A DNA stretch of 64,000 nucleotides from the human T2T-CHM13v2.0 reference genome, Homo sapiens: the NCBI RefSeq assembly GCF_009914755.1, contig NC_060933.1; one strand, given 5' to 3'. Positions 61,031 to 64,000 of this stretch are shown here, in pieces. The position numbers and the translations under genes were made by a program. Under the pieces are notes generated by a model that saw only the letters and a program-made list of their open reading frames with translations, was not told the origin of the DNA and ran no database searches. Positions within the stretch are counted from its first letter, which is position 1; the number at the start of each line of letters is the position of its first letter.

Positions 61031-62250
61031 GAATTGTAACTGTTTTTTTTATTTTTCAACAAACTTACCTTCAAATAGCAAAAGACTGAACCTGATAGCT
61101 CTACCATGAATCATTCTGATGGGAAGATTGTATGGCCATACATATTTATTTTTTAATCACGACTTTACCCCAGATGTTTAACAAAAGAACACAAAGCGAG
61201 TGAATAGACACTGCAAGGGCTTATATACTGTCTCTCTAAGACGTCCTCAGAGCCATCTCTTTTCCCCTTTTGCACAAGCCTTGAAACAAATTTGTGGTAG
61301 ATGTGGGGCATTTAGAGACTTTGGCCTGGCTTTTCAGCAACTCTCAGGAAAGTCCCTCTTTCAATGAGATTGTCAGTGTTTGGGTAGGGTAATGAAAACC
61401 TCTTAGGAACCACATCAAATCTTCTTTGTCTTACTTCCTATCCAGAGCTGCTACAATAACTACAGGCTTCAACCAGCTAAAGATAGTATAAACTGGAAGC
61501 TCTTTCCACAGGCTCATGTTGTCACTCCCACCTCCTGTCCCAGAGATACTCTACTGCTGTCCTTTGAGATGTTTTGGGACAGTTTAGGGTTTCCAAATGT
61601 GCAACTTGGTAGCACAGGTGTATTAATGCTCTGTGAAGTAACGTTTGACCAAGAGGAAAATGGCATTCAATGGATAGCTGCTTTGCCTCTTTTTCTCCTG
61701 TGTGGAAGGTCAACTAGGTCCTTAGGATTAAGCAATTAGTAAAAACAGAAACACAGAAGATGCCAAATCGGTAATGCATCTTTCATTGGACTACCATCTT
61801 ATAGTTTATTCCTTGGATCACACTGCCTAGTAAAGTACCTGCACTCAAGCCACCTACTATACAATGGTATCACAGTTCCTAAGATGCTTATCTGTAGTTA
61901 GGTTAAAAAAAAAAAAAGCATTTTGTTATGTAATAACTATAGAACCTGAATTATATAGGGAAAACATTATTACGAGAATAACTAACTGTTAGAAACTTTA
62001 AAAATAAAAATGACAGAAAGGAAAAGAAGATTTTTTCCATATATGATGCTGGGTCAATTAGATATCAAGGTGGAAAAACTAATGCATATTGACTTCTACC
62101 TCACATCATACACTAGAGTTAATTCCAGATACATTGAATAATTAAATGTAAAAAAGGGAAACGCTACTGTTTTCAGAAGAAAACCGGAGAGTATCTTTGT
62201 AATATTCAGTTTGTATGCGAAGATTTATTAAGCAGGATTATTTATTAAAC

Positions 62251-62303
62251 ATCATTTTCTCTTGATGATTACAACACAGTAATCATCAAGAGAGAAAAAT
62301 GAT
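62251..62303. repeat. Inverted repeat / hairpin
   Basis: TCTCTTGATGATTAC (62258-62272) and GTAATCATCAAGAGA (62279-62293) with a 6-nt loop. Confidence 0.92.
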
Positions 62304-63124
62304 AAATTGGAGCGTTAAGACTTTTGGGTTGCAGAATCAGGCAAATTCTGGAACTTCACTCGGAATTGGACCCTTGGTTTTTCTTCTCTTTCCTCATCCT
62401 GCTCTTCCCACTCACTTACTTGTTTCTCTTGGGAACACTTCCTCAATATATCACTCACATAGCAACCTTTGGCTCAAAATTTGATTCTGTGAATATCTGA
62501 CCTAAGACACGTTATGAAAAAGTGCTTATGCTCAAAATATCATCAAGGAATTAAAACCACACTGAAATAGCTTACATAACTAAGAGAATGGCTAAAATTT
62601 TTTTAAAAATGAAGTAAATGAGAGGGAGACAAAACATCAAACATTGGTAAGAATGCTGAGCAATCACAATTCTTATTTTCAACGCTATAGAGGTATAAAT
62701 TGGCACAATTATCTCGAAAAATGCTTTTTAATATCTTCTAAAGCTAAATTTATCAATATGTGATAACCAAATTATTTTATTTCTAGATGTGTGTCCAGTG
62801 GAAATGTATACATATTTATCAAAATACATATACAAAAATATTCACGGTAGTACTAACTCTAATTGACTAAAAATAAAAACTACTCAAACACCCATCAATA
62901 ACAAAATGGATGAATAAATTATAGGGTATCCACAAAGCGGGACCAACAAACAATAACAACATGAACATGAATGAATATCAAACTACTCAAGCACAACAAA
63001 GAATCTATACTGTAACATTCAATTTATGTAACGTTCAAAAATAAACAAAAATAATATTAGTGCTGGGTATCAGGACAATGATATCCTTTGTGGGGATTAT
63101 AAAGTTGAAGAGAGTTTAGCGGGA

Positions 63125-63540
63125 TGATATTGTTTGGATTAGTGTCCCCACCCAAATCCCAAATCTCATGTTTAATTGTAATCCCCAATATTGGAGGTGG
63201 GGCCTGGCGGGAGGTGACTGAATCATGGGAATGGATCCTTCATTGATGGTTTAGCACCATCCCTTTGGTGCTGTTCTCATGATAGATTTCTCAGGAGATC
63301 ATGTTGTTTAAAAGTGTGTGGCACCGCGCATCTCTATCTCTTCCTCCTTCTCCGGCCATGTAAGAAGTGCATGCTTCCACTTTGCCTTCTGCCATGATTG
63401 TAATTTTCCTGAGGCCTTTCCAGAAGCTGATGCCAAAATGCTTCCTGTACAGCCTGCAGAACTGTAAGCCAGTTAACCTCTTTTCTATATAAATTACCCA
63501 GCTTCAGGCATTTCTTTATAGCAGTGCGAGAACTGACAAC
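63125..63540 (+). mobile_element. MSTA/MSTB-like MaLR solo LTR
   Basis: TGATATTGTTTGGAT...TATAAATTACCCAG...TTTATAGCAGTG. Confidence 0.88.
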
Positions 63541-64000
63541 TTGAGGGGCTTCTGAGTTGCTGATAATATCCTGGGTTTTGATCTTGCTGTGTAATTCATA
63601 GAGGTGTGTTTAGATTGCAAAAACACAAATTATAAGCTTTATACTTATTGTGTATTACTAGTATGTTATGCTTCAATAACAAAAATAATAAAGTGTTAAG
63701 CTCAGTTCAGCTAAATGTTAGTTCAAGTCATGTGAAAGCAAGAAGTCATGTATGCAAGCAATTAGAGAGAACTCAATCAACTGCAGTGATAAGTTACACT
63801 ATACTGAAAATTAGACACACATTGTAACATCAAGGTGGCATAATTTTAAAAGTTAGACATGCACAGACTTTCTATGTTAAATTCAGTGCCTTGTTAGAAA
63901 AGAATAAAACTGAGAGCTGGCATGGAGGTTTTGCGTGAACAACTCTTAGAATCTTGAAATCCAGACACCTCTGAACCTACCAGGCTGGCAGAAGCAGCTC

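Overview
AT-rich, CpG-poor, repeat-dense primate DNA (most likely human intergenic sequence). No intact protein-coding gene, RNA gene or CRISPR array is visible. The only gene-derived sequence is a 5'-truncated, disabled retrocopy of DPP3 (dipeptidyl peptidase III) on the minus strand at ~3399-5626. It unexpectedly begins inside an intron-like splice-acceptor segment, has lost its HELLGH zinc motif and ETGE KEAP1-binding motif, and keeps a 242-codon open C-terminal frame. The rest is layered transposon fossils: Alus, L1s of several ages, solo LTRs (MST, THE1, MLT1/2, MER4A, LOR1, MER34, LTR8, LTR33), near-full-length Tigger1 and Tigger2, a complete piggyBac MITE (MER85) with TTAA duplications, and an unusually legible CR1/L3 reverse-transcriptase relic at ~44.9-45.85 kb. 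I found no convincing new multi-gene system. The best leads are the semi-processed DPP3 copy, the CR1 relic, the MER85 site and a 515-bp tandem duplication of an LTR. Repeat subfamily names come from remembered consensus sequences. Coordinates of old repeats are approximate.
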